A stretch of DNA of 64,000 bases from Candidatus Thorarchaeota archaeon (GTDB taxonomy: Archaea > Asgardarchaeota > Thorarchaeia > Thorarchaeales > Thorarchaeaceae). How positions within the stretch are numbered: position 1 is the stretch's first letter; each line of letters starts with the position of its first letter. The notes beneath the pieces were generated by a model. It did not search any database. It saw only the letters and a program-made list of their open reading frames with translations, and had not been told where the DNA came from. Positions 28,259-38,473 of the stretch are shown in pieces. The stretch spans positions 88,471-152,470 of the forward strand of contig JAGSHN010000020.1 of NCBI GenBank assembly GCA_029855935.1, written 5' to 3'. The translations under genes and the position numbers were made by a program.

Positions 28259-28436
28259 CCAGATATCCTCTCCTCAGTAGTCCTTTGAGATGATGCAATA
28301 TAGTCATTTTCATAGCAGGTGGCAGCCCGAACGGACGCCAGCCGGAGAACAGATGATGTTCAGAGAGAGGTGTCCCTGCTCTGTGAGAGGCACACAGTCT
28401 GCGTGACAGTGGGTGATCACCCCGTGATCGGTGGGC

Positions 28437-29588
28437 CTATGGCAGAATAAGGCTTCGCCGCCACGCTCTCGTGAAGCGAGAATAGTCCAGCCCGAGAGAG
28501 TTCAATGTGGCAATGAGTTCCGCAGACAGGATTATCGGAATCTCGGCGAGCTCCTCGACACGCTGACATCCTACGAGGTACATCGCCGTACGGGTGCCCT
28601 CTATGATCTTCTCTAGCTCTAGAATGACGTCCTGCGTGGTGCCCTTGACGGCAGCGTTCAGAAGAGGATGTGCCACTCCTGCTGCGGTGGCTCCGAGAGC
28701 TATTGACTTGGCCACATCGAGACCGGACCGTATACCACCAGTGGCGACAATCTCAAGGTCGGTGGCCTCGTTCACCATGATGACGCTCAGGGCTGTCGGG
28801 ATGCCCCAGTCCCAGAAGTCCTGCCCCAGTTTGGCCTTGATCGGGTCATCCTCCCTCAGAGCACGGTAGTACTCCACGGCCGCCCAGCTTGTTCCTCCGA
28901 CACCACCAACGTCCACGGCCTCGACACCAGCATCCTCCAGCATCACCGCGACCTGCGCTGAGATCCCCGCGCCGGTCTCCTTGACCATCACGGGAACATC
29001 CACAGACTCGACAATCTCGGCAATCCGGTCAAGCATTCCGACGGAGTTGCAGTCGCCCTCCGGCTGAATGGCCTCCTGAAGGGGATTGAGGTGGACGGCC
29101 AGTATGTCAGCCTCTATCATGTCCACCGCTGCTGGCGCGAACTCGACATGTGTGGCCCCAATGTTTGCGATGACAGGGACGGACGGCGCCGCCTCACGCA
29201 CGACGCGAAAGGTCTCCTCCAGAGACGGGTCCTCGATTGCTGCTCGCTGACTGCCCACTCCTATCGGTATTCTCATGGCCTCGGCAGCCTCAGCCAGACG
29301 CGTATTGATCTCTATGGTGCCAGGATGACCCCCAGTCATTGCCGCAATCACCAGCGGAGCATTGGCACGGAGTCCGAGAAAGTTCGTTGTTAGGTCAATG
29401 GAATCACGGTCTATCTCAGGCAGAGCCTTGTGAATGAGATGTACGTGATCGAACATCGCACTGCGTCTCGACTGCACGTCCTCCTGCAGGCAGATCTCGA
29501 TGTGCTCCATCTTCCTTCTTCTCGTCTGCTCGGCCTCTATGGTGTCGACCGCAGCGACAACATCGTCTGAGACCTCGTCGTGCGCCAA
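28437..29588 (-). CDS. fni: Isopentenyl-diphosphate delta-isomerase, type 2 (FMN-dependent)
   Basis: RK.EH, MTGG, GVGSQR, ANIG, HLNPLQE, KETGAG, GGTSW, WGIPT and GGIRSG. Start probably TTG 29588 after GGAGG. Confidence 0.96.
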   Translation of the reverse strand: MAHDEVSDDVVAAVDTIEAEQTRRRKMEHIEICLQEDVQSRRSAMFDHVHLIHKALPEIDRDSIDLTTNFLGLRANAPLVIAAMTGGHPGTIEINTRLAEAAEAMRIPIGVGSQRAAIEDPSLEETFRVVREAAPSVPVIANIGATHVEFAPAAVDMIEADILAVHLNPLQEAIQPEGDCNSVGMLDRIAEIVESVDVPVMVKETGAGISAQVAVMLEDAGVEAVDVGGVGGTSWAAVEYYRALREDDPIKAKLGQDFWDWGIPTALSVIMVNEATDLEIVATGGIRSGLDVAKSIALGATAAGVAHPLLNAAVKGTTQDVILELEKIIEGTRTAMYLVGCQRVEELAEIPIILSAELIATLNSLGLDYSRFTRAWRRSLILP

Positions 29589-29781
29589 AGGACAATTCCT
29601 CCAAGCAATGAACGCAGCCATAGACAGATAGACGTTTCGATAGAGCTTGTCTGTCCCCACACAGAAGGGAGGGAACCGTACACGCTCGGAACTGCCGAGC
29701 CGAAGATAGTCTGACGACCCGACCTTGCGTCTTGCGAAGAGTCTATTAGCAGCGCAGGAGGCCGTCTGGGATGTGGACACG

Positions 29782-30315
29782 ATGGGTGAAGAAGAGAAAC
29801 GCTACAGGGCAGAGGCTCCTGAGGAGGAGGAGAGCACCGAGAGAAGAGGCCTCCTCCGACCACTCCCCTCAGAGGAGGGTCCCGCTGCCAAGCCCACTCC
29901 GTACGTCACCTTCCTAGGTCGCCAGATGACCGAGGACAGGAGGGACCGCATCCTTACAATTCTGATGCCACTCTGTGTGGGCGTGATTGACGCCACGATA
30001 TACACCCTCATACTGGTCCATGTCTTTGCCAGCTCAGGGATCTACCTCTATGTCCTGCCCATGCTCGCAGCGGTGCCAATAGGCCTGGTCTCGCTTGAGA
30101 TGAAGAACGGGATGTTGGGCGCAATCCTCACGGCGGTCTTCTTTGTGATATTCTACATTGCTGTGATGCTGACGCCGGCGATGGTCGCGCCCGGGCTCGA
30201 CCTCGGCGGGATAGTCGTCTTGGGGCTGGCTGTCTCGTTTGCTTACTTCATAGTAATCGTGCTGATGTCCTTCCTGGGCGTGTTGATTGGGTTCATACTG
30301 CGAGAGTTCTTCTAA
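29782..30315 (+). CDS. Hypothetical membrane protein (4 TM)
   Basis: Acidic N-terminus followed by four hydrophobic segments. Confidence 0.65.
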   Translation: MGEEEKRYRAEAPEEEESTERRGLLRPLPSEEGPAAKPTPYVTFLGRQMTEDRRDRILTILMPLCVGVIDATIYTLILVHVFASSGIYLYVLPMLAAVPIGLVSLEMKNGMLGAILTAVFFVIFYIAVMLTPAMVAPGLDLGGIVVLGLAVSFAYFIVIVLMSFLGVLIGFILREFF

Positions 30316-30341
30316 GCAAATAGAGTGACACAACAGCCCGG

Positions 30342-31322
30342 TCACAGGCCCGTTGGGAGCCGGTTCCTCAGAGCGTAGTAAAGATAGAACACTGGTACCT
30401 GAAGAAGCACGAGCATCGGGATATAGGTGCGGACTATCTGCTCAAAGCCACCGAGCGCCTCGCCGAAAAAGGCGACAATCACGCCCGAGCCGACAATGAG
30501 AGCCATAGCAACAGACGCGACCGTCTTGAGCGCACGCACCTGACTGGCCGTTATTCCGCCAAAGGCTGGTTCGCGGGCAACATAGCGGAACCGCTCGACG
30601 GAAATGACCTTAGCCTCAAACCGAGGAATCAGCCTACCATCTCTATCAAAGAGCTCAGCAAATTCGATTGAGAGTTCTCTCTCTCCTAGCGTCACTGGGA
30701 CGAGCTGGACCTCAATCTCGTCCTCCTCTCCCGGTCGTAGTGGAAGGTCGATGCTACTCGGTGAGACGTGGTCCATTGAGTGGAACCTCACCCGTATTCC
30801 TTCAGAGTCCGAGATGTTCCTGATCCTCAGTCTGATGGCCGTAGGCCGATACTGCACAAATGGCCTGTCCACCTCGATGTTCAGCACTGGCTGCTTTCCG
30901 GATGTCTCTCCGTAGTGGAACAACTCTCCCGGAGCGCTGACACCAAGGAGATGCTTGGGCTGGCCACGGTACACCATCCAGAGGGCCACAGCAAGCAGGA
31001 GAACTATGAACAGGCCTGCAGCAGCAAGCGCCACGGTGTCCCTCGCAGCACGATTCACGTCCTGAACAAAGTAGGCGTAGACAATCGCGACAGTGAGGCC
31101 CAGCATCACAAGGTCCAGTAGTATCCTGCAGAAGCGAGGAATCACGCCGCCAGCACTGATGTCGTCACGTCCCAAGCCAGCTAGCGGGCCTGGCGCTCGC
31201 TCCGACTCCGGACCTGGGGTAGTCGCGTCTGTGTCACGATGCTCCGCATCATCGTGTCGTTCATCTCCTGGATGCTCCTCGGCGATATCCGGACCAGCAT
31301 CATCTTTCTCAGAGGACCTCAC
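30342..31322 (-). CDS. Membrane protein with a central Ig-like beta-sandwich domain
   Basis: 2 TM, then a beta-rich domain (IRLRIRN..DHVSPS..LRPGEE..EVQLVP), then 2 TM. Confidence 0.65.
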   Translation of the reverse strand: MRSSEKDDAGPDIAEEHPGDERHDDAEHRDTDATTPGPESERAPGPLAGLGRDDISAGGVIPRFCRILLDLVMLGLTVAIVYAYFVQDVNRAARDTVALAAAGLFIVLLLAVALWMVYRGQPKHLLGVSAPGELFHYGETSGKQPVLNIEVDRPFVQYRPTAIRLRIRNISDSEGIRVRFHSMDHVSPSSIDLPLRPGEEDEIEVQLVPVTLGERELSIEFAELFDRDGRLIPRFEAKVISVERFRYVAREPAFGGITASQVRALKTVASVAMALIVGSGVIVAFFGEALGGFEQIVRTYIPMLVLLQVPVFYLYYALRNRLPTGL

Positions 31323-31325
31323 TGA

Positions 31326-32549
31326 TCACACCCCCACCTGCCTCTTTCGCATCAGATACCAGATGACCACGACTAAGACCTCAGCGATGACTACACCTGC
31401 CGTCACCAAGAATGCGACAAAGCTGGATGTGGTCTGTCCCACCATTGCGGCCTGCAGGTTCCTCAATGCCTGTGCAACAGCTGCTAGCATTGCCATAATG
31501 CCGACAAGCGACACCAGGACCTTGAACCTCCTGTTCCCGGGCAGCATCACACTGTACGTGTACTCAAACGGAAAGGCCACATCCTCCTCGAAGACCCGCT
31601 TCAGCGTGGCCGCATCATCCACCCACGGACGAAAGACGAGCTGAATCTTCCGGTCGGCATCGTCGAAGGGATATAGCTGCAGGTCGCAGACATCGCTGCC
31701 TCCGGGCGGTATAATCTCGGTGTAGAGAACGCTCGGATCCACATGGTCTTGCGCACGGACCTCGATTCGATATCGCATAGGGAAGTCCAGCTTGTTGTGT
31801 ACCTTGAGCCTCAGTCCAGACCAGCTGCGCAGGACAAAGCCGCGTCCGACACCCCGAAACTCCTGAACCTCGATGGGACTTCGAGCGGGCTTGCTGATCG
31901 GCCTCATAGTCAGAGACTGGTGCAGTTGCTGCTCGTAGGCGCGCACTCGGTGACGCTCGACGTAGAGGAAGAGTATCTGTAGGGGAATCATCGAGACGAG
32001 GAGGACAAAGCCGTTGTTCGTGATTATGGCACCCGCAAGCCCGACGCCCCGAGTCAGATCGTAGGTGTCCATGTTCACCAGACCCAGAAGCCAGCGCCCA
32101 TATCCGATGATGACCCCCGTGACGACCGCCATACCCAGTATGGAAGCCAGCGTGTTTCTCAGCACAAGGACCAGATTCTGTCCAGAGAGTATCGGATCAT
32201 CTCTCTTCACCACCAGCCGACGTGAGTATAGGCCCGTCACAGCCCCGCCGACGAGGTTGCCAAGAAAGCCGATGGCATGCCTAGGCGCGAGTCCCTCACT
32301 GGACAGGACCATCTTCTCGAATATGTCAAGGAGAAGATTGCCGAAACCGGAGCCCAGCGCACCAATCACCGGACCGAACAGGACCGATGCGAGCGCGGGC
32401 ACCATGATGGTCACACGCTCTTCGTGCGGAAACAGTCTGCTGGCACTCTCAAAGAGAAAGGCGTTCATTGAGTAGATGATTGCCACGAGGACGACTATCT
32501 TCCAATCGAAGAATCTGACACGTTCCTCTTCGTATGCTGCATTCTCCAT
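31326..32549 (-). CDS. ECF S-component-like membrane domain fused to an Ig-like domain and 2 TM helices
   Basis: PALASVLFGPVIGALGSGFGNLLLD is an ECF S-component-type motif. The following beta-rich domain is paralogous to that of the neighbouring gene. Confidence 0.65.
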   Translation of the reverse strand: MENAAYEEERVRFFDWKIVVLVAIIYSMNAFLFESASRLFPHEERVTIMVPALASVLFGPVIGALGSGFGNLLLDIFEKMVLSSEGLAPRHAIGFLGNLVGGAVTGLYSRRLVVKRDDPILSGQNLVLVLRNTLASILGMAVVTGVIIGYGRWLLGLVNMDTYDLTRGVGLAGAIITNNGFVLLVSMIPLQILFLYVERHRVRAYEQQLHQSLTMRPISKPARSPIEVQEFRGVGRGFVLRSWSGLRLKVHNKLDFPMRYRIEVRAQDHVDPSVLYTEIIPPGGSDVCDLQLYPFDDADRKIQLVFRPWVDDAATLKRVFEEDVAFPFEYTYSVMLPGNRRFKVLVSLVGIMAMLAAVAQALRNLQAAMVGQTTSSFVAFLVTAGVVIAEVLVVVIWYLMRKRQVGV

Positions 32550-32708
32550 CGCAGTCACCCGCGGGAACGACGTGAACGCGCTGTCACACATTCGTATTTA
32601 ATAGATTTGTGGGCTTATTCGGGCCCCAGAGGCCGTTGCTGTCGATGAAACGAATGGCTATACGCGGTACGCAGGTTTTAAAAACGGTGATTCTCCACCA
32701 CCGCGCGC

Positions 32709-33317
32709 ATGAAGCGTATTGGGGTGCTCATCTCAGGACGAGGCACCAATCTCCAAGCGCTAATCGACGCTCAGCAGAGAGGAGAGCTTGGCGGAGAGAT
32801 AGTCATCGTAGTCAGCAACAAGAGCAAGGCACTGGGACTTGAGCGTGCACGCAGGGCCAGCATCGAGACAGCCATCGTGACGAAGAAGCAGTATCCCGTG
32901 AGAGAGGAGCACGACAGGGCCGTCGTCAAGATCCTTGAGGATCGAGAAGTCGACCTCGTTGTCCTTGCAGGCTATATGAGGATACTCACTGAGGTGTTCA
33001 TCGATGCCTTCCGCGACAGGATAATCAATGTTCATCCATCACTTCTGCCAGCGTTCAAGGGCGTCAAGGCTCAGTGGCAGGCAGTCGAGTATGGCGTCAG
33101 GGTATCCGGCTGCACTACACACTTCGTGACACTGGACATGGACGCAGGGCCCATCATCCTTCAGAAGGCCGTTCCCGTCCTGATGGATGACACCGGAGAA
33201 ACGCTGGCTGAGAGAATCCTACCTGAGGAACACAAGATCTTGGTGGAGAGTGTCAGGCTGTTCTGCGAGGACAGGTTGAGAATAGAGGGTCGTCGAGTAC
33301 GGATACTGGACCGGTGA
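32709..33317 (+). CDS. purN: Phosphoribosylglycinamide formyltransferase
   Basis: SGRGTNLQA, LAGYMRIL, INVHPSLLP, GCTTHFV and DAGPII. Confidence 0.97.
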   Translation: MKRIGVLISGRGTNLQALIDAQQRGELGGEIVIVVSNKSKALGLERARRASIETAIVTKKQYPVREEHDRAVVKILEDREVDLVVLAGYMRILTEVFIDAFRDRIINVHPSLLPAFKGVKAQWQAVEYGVRVSGCTTHFVTLDMDAGPIILQKAVPVLMDDTGETLAERILPEEHKILVESVRLFCEDRLRIEGRRVRILDR

Positions 33318-33323
33318 TGAGAG

Positions 33324-34721
33324 ATGTGTGGTGTCTTGGGAATACTTGGTGAATGCTCACTTGCGACAGCACGCGAGCTTCTTCTCCTGCTTACCCATCG
33401 TGGTCAGGATGCGTCTGGCCTGCTGTGGCGGGACAATGGCGAGTTCTCCGAGTCAAAGACTATGGGCAGTCCTGCTGGTATAGACGTCCCGGACACAACA
33501 TCAACACTCATTCTTGGGAGTACCCGCTATCCGACTTCTGGTCGGAGGGTAGTCTCAAATGACGAGCTCGACAGATTCGTCGGACCATTCCGCAGAGGAC
33601 AACTGGCTCTTACTCACAACGGCAACATCACAAACATTCCTTCGATAACCAGAGATCGCTATCACTGTGACACGGAATTCATCACGGTCCTTCTTGACCA
33701 GCTGATCGACAAGAACGACGGTTCGCTCCCCGATGCCTTTCGAGAGTTCGACCAGTTTGTCGACGGTGCGTACAGTCTTGTAGGTCTGCTTGGCGACAAG
33801 ATGTTTGTCTACCGCGATCCTCATGGCTTCAAGCCGCTGGTCTTCGGACGGGCGCCGGGCCGTATTGTTGTTGCCTCCGAGAGCACGGTTCTGGACATGG
33901 CGGGTGTGCCTCTTGAGCGTGATGTCTATCCCGGTGAGCTCCTCATCTTCGGGCACGGCGGCTCTATGGAGAGTCACTCAATCTCCCAGAACGAACTACA
34001 CAGCCACTGCTTCTTCGAATATGTGTATTTTGCCCATCCTGCGGCAAGGATAGAGGGCCAGCTCGTCTATGATGTGAGGTTCAGACTGGGAAGAGCACTC
34101 GCTCAAGAGTTCAAGAGGAGAGGACTCGTGCCTCCCGACTATGTCGTTCCCGTGCCGGACACGAGCCGCCCCGCCGCACAGGCCCTCGCAGAGGAGCTCG
34201 GGGTACCAATGCGTGAGATCATCCTGAAGAACAGATACCTGGGCAGGACGTTTATTGCGAAGTCCCAGAGAGAGCGGGACGCGATGGCGAAGAATAAGTA
34301 CATCTATCTGGAGGACAAGATAGCGGGCAAGAACATTCTCGTCGTGGACGATAGCATAGTCAGAGGCACAACTGCAAAGATGATAGTTGCCGACCTGCGG
34401 AGGAGGGGTGCCTCCAAGGTGTACTTCACGGTGACGTGTCCGCCGCAGGACCATCCCTGCTACTACGGCATCGATATCTCCACATCGAGCGAGCTAATCG
34501 CGGCCGAGGCGGAAGAGGAACAGATAGCCGAGTTCATCGGTGCTGACGCGCTGATCTATCAGACGATGAATGGCTTGGTCAACGCAATAGGGCTGAGGGA
34601 TCTCTGCCTTGCATGCCTGAACGGCGAATATCCGACAGAACACGCGAGGAGGATACGTGCCGCAGTTGCGACCAACGCGGGTCCCCCGGAGTCCCGCGAC
34701 TACGAGAGGGTAATAGAATGA
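33324..34721 (+). CDS. purF: Amidophosphoribosyltransferase
   Basis: N-terminal MCG nucleophile, HRGQD, HNGNI, CFFEYVYFA, VDDSIVRGTT and PCYYGID. Confidence 0.97.
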   Translation: MCGVLGILGECSLATARELLLLLTHRGQDASGLLWRDNGEFSESKTMGSPAGIDVPDTTSTLILGSTRYPTSGRRVVSNDELDRFVGPFRRGQLALTHNGNITNIPSITRDRYHCDTEFITVLLDQLIDKNDGSLPDAFREFDQFVDGAYSLVGLLGDKMFVYRDPHGFKPLVFGRAPGRIVVASESTVLDMAGVPLERDVYPGELLIFGHGGSMESHSISQNELHSHCFFEYVYFAHPAARIEGQLVYDVRFRLGRALAQEFKRRGLVPPDYVVPVPDTSRPAAQALAEELGVPMREIILKNRYLGRTFIAKSQRERDAMAKNKYIYLEDKIAGKNILVVDDSIVRGTTAKMIVADLRRRGASKVYFTVTCPPQDHPCYYGIDISTSSELIAAEAEEEQIAEFIGADALIYQTMNGLVNAIGLRDLCLACLNGEYPTEHARRIRAAVATNAGPPESRDYERVIE

Positions 34722-35674
34722 AGATAGGAACAGTGGCAAGTCATAGTGCGCTCAACATCATCTCAGGAGCGCGTGCAGAGGGATTTGACACCGTGCTGTT
34801 CTGCACGCCTGACAGAAGAGCATTCTACGAGTCCTTCGGCCTCGGAGGTCAGATTGTCGAGGTAGGCTCGTTCGAAGACATCCTTGACACGGACATAGGT
34901 GACGACGTAGTGCTCATCCCTCACGGCTCGTTTGTGGCCTACATCGGCGCACAACGCCTCCTGGACTCAGACCTCCGACTCTTCGGCAACAAGGAGCTGC
35001 TCAGATGGGAGGAGGACCGCACGCTGAAATCGAGACTTATGAACGAGGCTGGCCTGAGGGTCCCCCGAGAGTACCGGAGCTTCGATGATATCGAGACACC
35101 TGTCATCGTGAAGACCGACGGCGCGGCGGGCGGGGTAGGATACTTTATCGCGCGCGATGCGGAGGAGGCACGACGCAAGAGAGAGGACGGTGTCAGGTAC
35201 TCAATCCAAGAGTACATAGTCGGAACGAAGGTCTTCGTCACCTACTTTCGCAGTCTCGCGCACGACAGGACAGAGGTCTTCGGCGCCGACATCAGGTACG
35301 AGACCGATGCCGATGCGAATCTGCGTTTTGTCGACACGCCGTCGTTCGTCGTCATCGGAAACCTCCCGCTCGTGCTCCGAGAGTCCACACTTGCAAAGTA
35401 CTATCAGATGGGCGTTGACTTTGTGGAGGCCTTTCGCAGGCTGACGGGACAGGACCTGCCCGGCCCGTTCTGTCTTGAGACCATCATCGATAGAGAGCAG
35501 AGAATATACACGTTCGAGTTCAGTGGGCGCATCGTCGCCGGCACAAACATCTGGATACCGACGTCGCCTTACAGCTACGTCCAGTTCGGAGAACAGATGT
35601 GGATGGGCAGAAGAATCGCCCGAGAGATTCGCGACCTGATGCAGGCTGGGAGACTTGAGGAGGCATTGTCATAA
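34718..35674 (+). CDS. purP: Formate-dependent AICAR formyltransferase PurP family (copy 1)
   Basis: SHSALNI, PHGSFVAY, GNLPLVLRES, GPFCLE, FEFSGRIVAGTN and MGRRIAREI. Confidence 0.88.
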   Translation: MKIGTVASHSALNIISGARAEGFDTVLFCTPDRRAFYESFGLGGQIVEVGSFEDILDTDIGDDVVLIPHGSFVAYIGAQRLLDSDLRLFGNKELLRWEEDRTLKSRLMNEAGLRVPREYRSFDDIETPVIVKTDGAAGGVGYFIARDAEEARRKREDGVRYSIQEYIVGTKVFVTYFRSLAHDRTEVFGADIRYETDADANLRFVDTPSFVVIGNLPLVLRESTLAKYYQMGVDFVEAFRRLTGQDLPGPFCLETIIDREQRIYTFEFSGRIVAGTNIWIPTSPYSYVQFGEQMWMGRRIAREIRDLMQAGRLEEALS

Positions 35675-36747
35675 TGGAGAGACCAACGATTGGAATGATC
35701 GGCTCTCACAGCGCAGAAGAGATTGCGGTTGCTGCCAAGGCCAACGGATTCGAGACAGTGGTCGTCTGTCAGAGGGGACGGGAGAGGCTCTATGCGGTCT
35801 ACGACCGGCATCTCTTCGACCATATCATAGTCCTAGACAGGTTTGCCGATATGATCAATGACGACGTCCAGGAGCAGCTTGAAGAGCTGAACACACTATG
35901 GATACCGAACCGTTCCTTCTCAGTCTACGTCGGATACGACAACATAGAGAAGAGATTCCGCATCCCGATGTACGGCAATAGATGGTTGCTGAGGGTCGAG
36001 GAGAGAGGCACTCCCCGGGACCAGTACTGGCTGCTACGAGAGTCTGGCGTACGCATTCCCGAACCTGTGAATCCCGAGAAGATTGATAGGCTGGTCATAG
36101 TGAAGGTCCAGCAGAAGGACCGCCCACTGGAACGAGCCTTCTTCTACGCCGCGTCCACGGACGAGTACCGTGAGAAGAGCGAGCGACTGATTCGTGAGGG
36201 AGTGATATCAACAGATGACCTCGCGGCGGCGACAGTGGAGGAATTCATCCTCGCACCAAGGTTCAACGCAAACTTTCAGGCCTATGGCATGAGCGACTTC
36301 TGGGGTAGTCTCGACTTGGTGGGATTCGACGACAGGATTCAGACCAATCTCACCGGCCTGCTCAACCTCCCCGCTCGGGACCAACTCGCCATCGATGTGC
36401 CCATAGTCAATGAGGAGGTGGGTCACAAGGGCGTTACAATGAGAGAGAGCAAGAAGCCACTGGTATACGATGCAGCGGAGAGGCTGATAGAGGGTGTGAA
36501 AAGACATTTCCCGCCGAAGATGATAGGCCTCTTCAGCCTGCAGGGCGCTCTGACTGAGGAGTCGGAGTTCGTCGTCTTTGATCTGAGTCCGCGTGTGCCT
36601 GGTGCTCCGTGCGTCGGGCCCACCAGCCCCGAGATGCGGCGGTTGTCCCTGAAGTTCGGTCGTGAGATTATCTCACCGCTCGACCTCTGTATGATAGACA
36701 TAGAGACCGCTGTGCAGGAGGAGCGCCTCGATGACGTATCCACATGA
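35674..36747 (+). CDS. purP: PurP-like ATP-grasp protein (copy 2)
   Basis: GSHSA, PNRSFSVYVG, ERAFF, DRIQTN, GHKGVTMRES and FDLSPRVPG. TAATG-coupled to copy 1. Confidence 0.85.
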   Translation: MERPTIGMIGSHSAEEIAVAAKANGFETVVVCQRGRERLYAVYDRHLFDHIIVLDRFADMINDDVQEQLEELNTLWIPNRSFSVYVGYDNIEKRFRIPMYGNRWLLRVEERGTPRDQYWLLRESGVRIPEPVNPEKIDRLVIVKVQQKDRPLERAFFYAASTDEYREKSERLIREGVISTDDLAAATVEEFILAPRFNANFQAYGMSDFWGSLDLVGFDDRIQTNLTGLLNLPARDQLAIDVPIVNEEVGHKGVTMRESKKPLVYDAAERLIEGVKRHFPPKMIGLFSLQGALTEESEFVVFDLSPRVPGAPCVGPTSPEMRRLSLKFGREIISPLDLCMIDIETAVQEERLDDVST

Positions 36748-36810
36748 TTCAAAACGGGTCTTTGGCGGGTGGCAGCTCGCACAGGTCCAGCGTGATGTGA
36801 GGAGATAGAG

Positions 36811-37815
36811 TTGCGACTGATACACGAAGGCAAGGTCAAGAGGGTCTTCAGTGATCCCGAGTCTGACGACAGACTGATAGTCGAGTTCACCGACGCAATC
36901 ACCGCGGGCGACGGCGAGAGGCGTGAGATCATCGAGGGCAAGGGAGCAGTGGCCTGCGAGACAACGGCGCTGCTGTTCGGTTATCTTGAGGACAAGGGCC
37001 TCGCGACTCATTTCATTCGGCAACTCGACGAGACGAGACTCGTCTGCAGAAAGGTAAGCATATTTCCCATCGAGGCTGTCTGCAGGAACTTGGCCGCTGG
37101 CTCTTTTGCGCGGCGTTACGGCCTTGAGGACGGACGACCACTCTCGCGTCCGCTGGTCGAGTTCTTTCTCAAGAGCGATGAGCTACACGACCCACTGATC
37201 ACTGCGGATGCCATCATCCGACTTGGGCTGGCCACACGCGAGGAACTTGACTTCATCAGGCGAGTCACACTGGCGGTCAACTACTATCTTGGAACTCTCC
37301 TCAGTCAGGTGGGGCTCAGGCTAGTCGATTTCAAGCTCGAGTTCGGCAGGACTGATGATGGTGACATTCTGATAGCGGATGAGATCTCAGGTGACACGAT
37401 GCGCGTCTGGGACGAGAGCGGTGGGTCGCTGGACAAGGATGTCTTCAGAAAGGACAAGGGCAATGTGCTTGAGGTGTACAACCTACTGCTGGAGAAGCTA
37501 AAGGAGACGAGGCCCAAAGAGGTCCCAGTCCGGGGCGAAGTTGTGCGGGTCCTTGTTATGCCGAAGGAGGGTATAAAGAACCCGCCGGGAGAGGTCGCAA
37601 GAAAGGCACTTCTCAGGCTCGGGTTCGAAGAGGTTGAAGAAGTAAGGGCGGGTAAGGTGTTCAGGCTGTGTCTGCGGAGAGCGGTGTCTCCGGAGATGCT
37701 CGGACGAATCGAGGAGATGAACACGAGGCTCCTTGCCAACCCGATAGCCGAGGCAACCTATGTGGGGTTTGATGATAATGGCAATTGCGGTGATTCGTTT
37801 TCCGGGGACGAATAA
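36811..37815 (+). CDS. purC: SAICAR synthetase PurC fused to C-terminal PurS
   Basis: EGKVK, RNLAAGS, LVDFKLEFG, ADEISGDTMRVWD and DKDVFR, then the PurS pattern V.PK.GI.NP.G..A..AL..LG...VRAGK..LLANP. Confidence 0.92.
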   Translation: MRLIHEGKVKRVFSDPESDDRLIVEFTDAITAGDGERREIIEGKGAVACETTALLFGYLEDKGLATHFIRQLDETRLVCRKVSIFPIEAVCRNLAAGSFARRYGLEDGRPLSRPLVEFFLKSDELHDPLITADAIIRLGLATREELDFIRRVTLAVNYYLGTLLSQVGLRLVDFKLEFGRTDDGDILIADEISGDTMRVWDESGGSLDKDVFRKDKGNVLEVYNLLLEKLKETRPKEVPVRGEVVRVLVMPKEGIKNPPGEVARKALLRLGFEEVEEVRAGKVFRLCLRRAVSPEMLGRIEEMNTRLLANPIAEATYVGFDDNGNCGDSFSGDE

Positions 37816-38473
37816 CGAGAATGACGTGATGCGCGCACTCGGCACAATCCCCGGTGCTGAGGCCCAGCTCGTACCGAGCAGATTGGGCTCCGCTGCTCTG
37901 AAGGAGGCGGATGGTGTCATCATCCCTGGCGGCTTCTCCTACGGCGACTACATAAGGGCGGGCGCGGTCGCCGCGGCGGGGGAGATCATGGAGGGGGTGA
38001 AGGAGCTTGCAAATGACGGGAGGCCCGTTCTTGGTATCTGTAATGGTTTTCAGATACTGACCGAGTGCGGGCTGCTCCCGGGCGCACTGTTGCCTAATAC
38101 GAGTGCTCGGTTCGTATGTAGATGGGTCTATCTGAGAGTCAGTGAACAGACCACTGCATTCACAGAGGGATTGGAGGACGCTGTCCTGAAGATGCCCGTC
38201 GCACACGCTGATGGGAACTACTACTGCACCGAGAATGACCTGACGGTGTTGAACCTCCACGGACTCGTCCCGCTCAGATACAGCGATGAGAATGGGGAGA
38301 CGGTCCCAGCGGTGAACCCGAACGGCTCGATCGACAACATCGCAGCAGTCATCAACGAGGCGGGGAACGTGATGGGCATGATGCCGCATCCTGAGAGAGC
38401 GTCGCGACCCTCCTTGGGATCCGCCGACGGCCTTGCCATCCTTGAGAACTTTGTGAGGAGTACCAAATGCTGA
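37772..38473 (+). CDS. purQ: FGAM synthase glutaminase subunit
   Basis: FPGTN, PGGFSYGDY, GICNGFQIL and GMMPHPER. Confidence 0.97.
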   Translation: MIMAIAVIRFPGTNNENDVMRALGTIPGAEAQLVPSRLGSAALKEADGVIIPGGFSYGDYIRAGAVAAAGEIMEGVKELANDGRPVLGICNGFQILTECGLLPGALLPNTSARFVCRWVYLRVSEQTTAFTEGLEDAVLKMPVAHADGNYYCTENDLTVLNLHGLVPLRYSDENGETVPAVNPNGSIDNIAAVINEAGNVMGMMPHPERASRPSLGSADGLAILENFVRSTKC

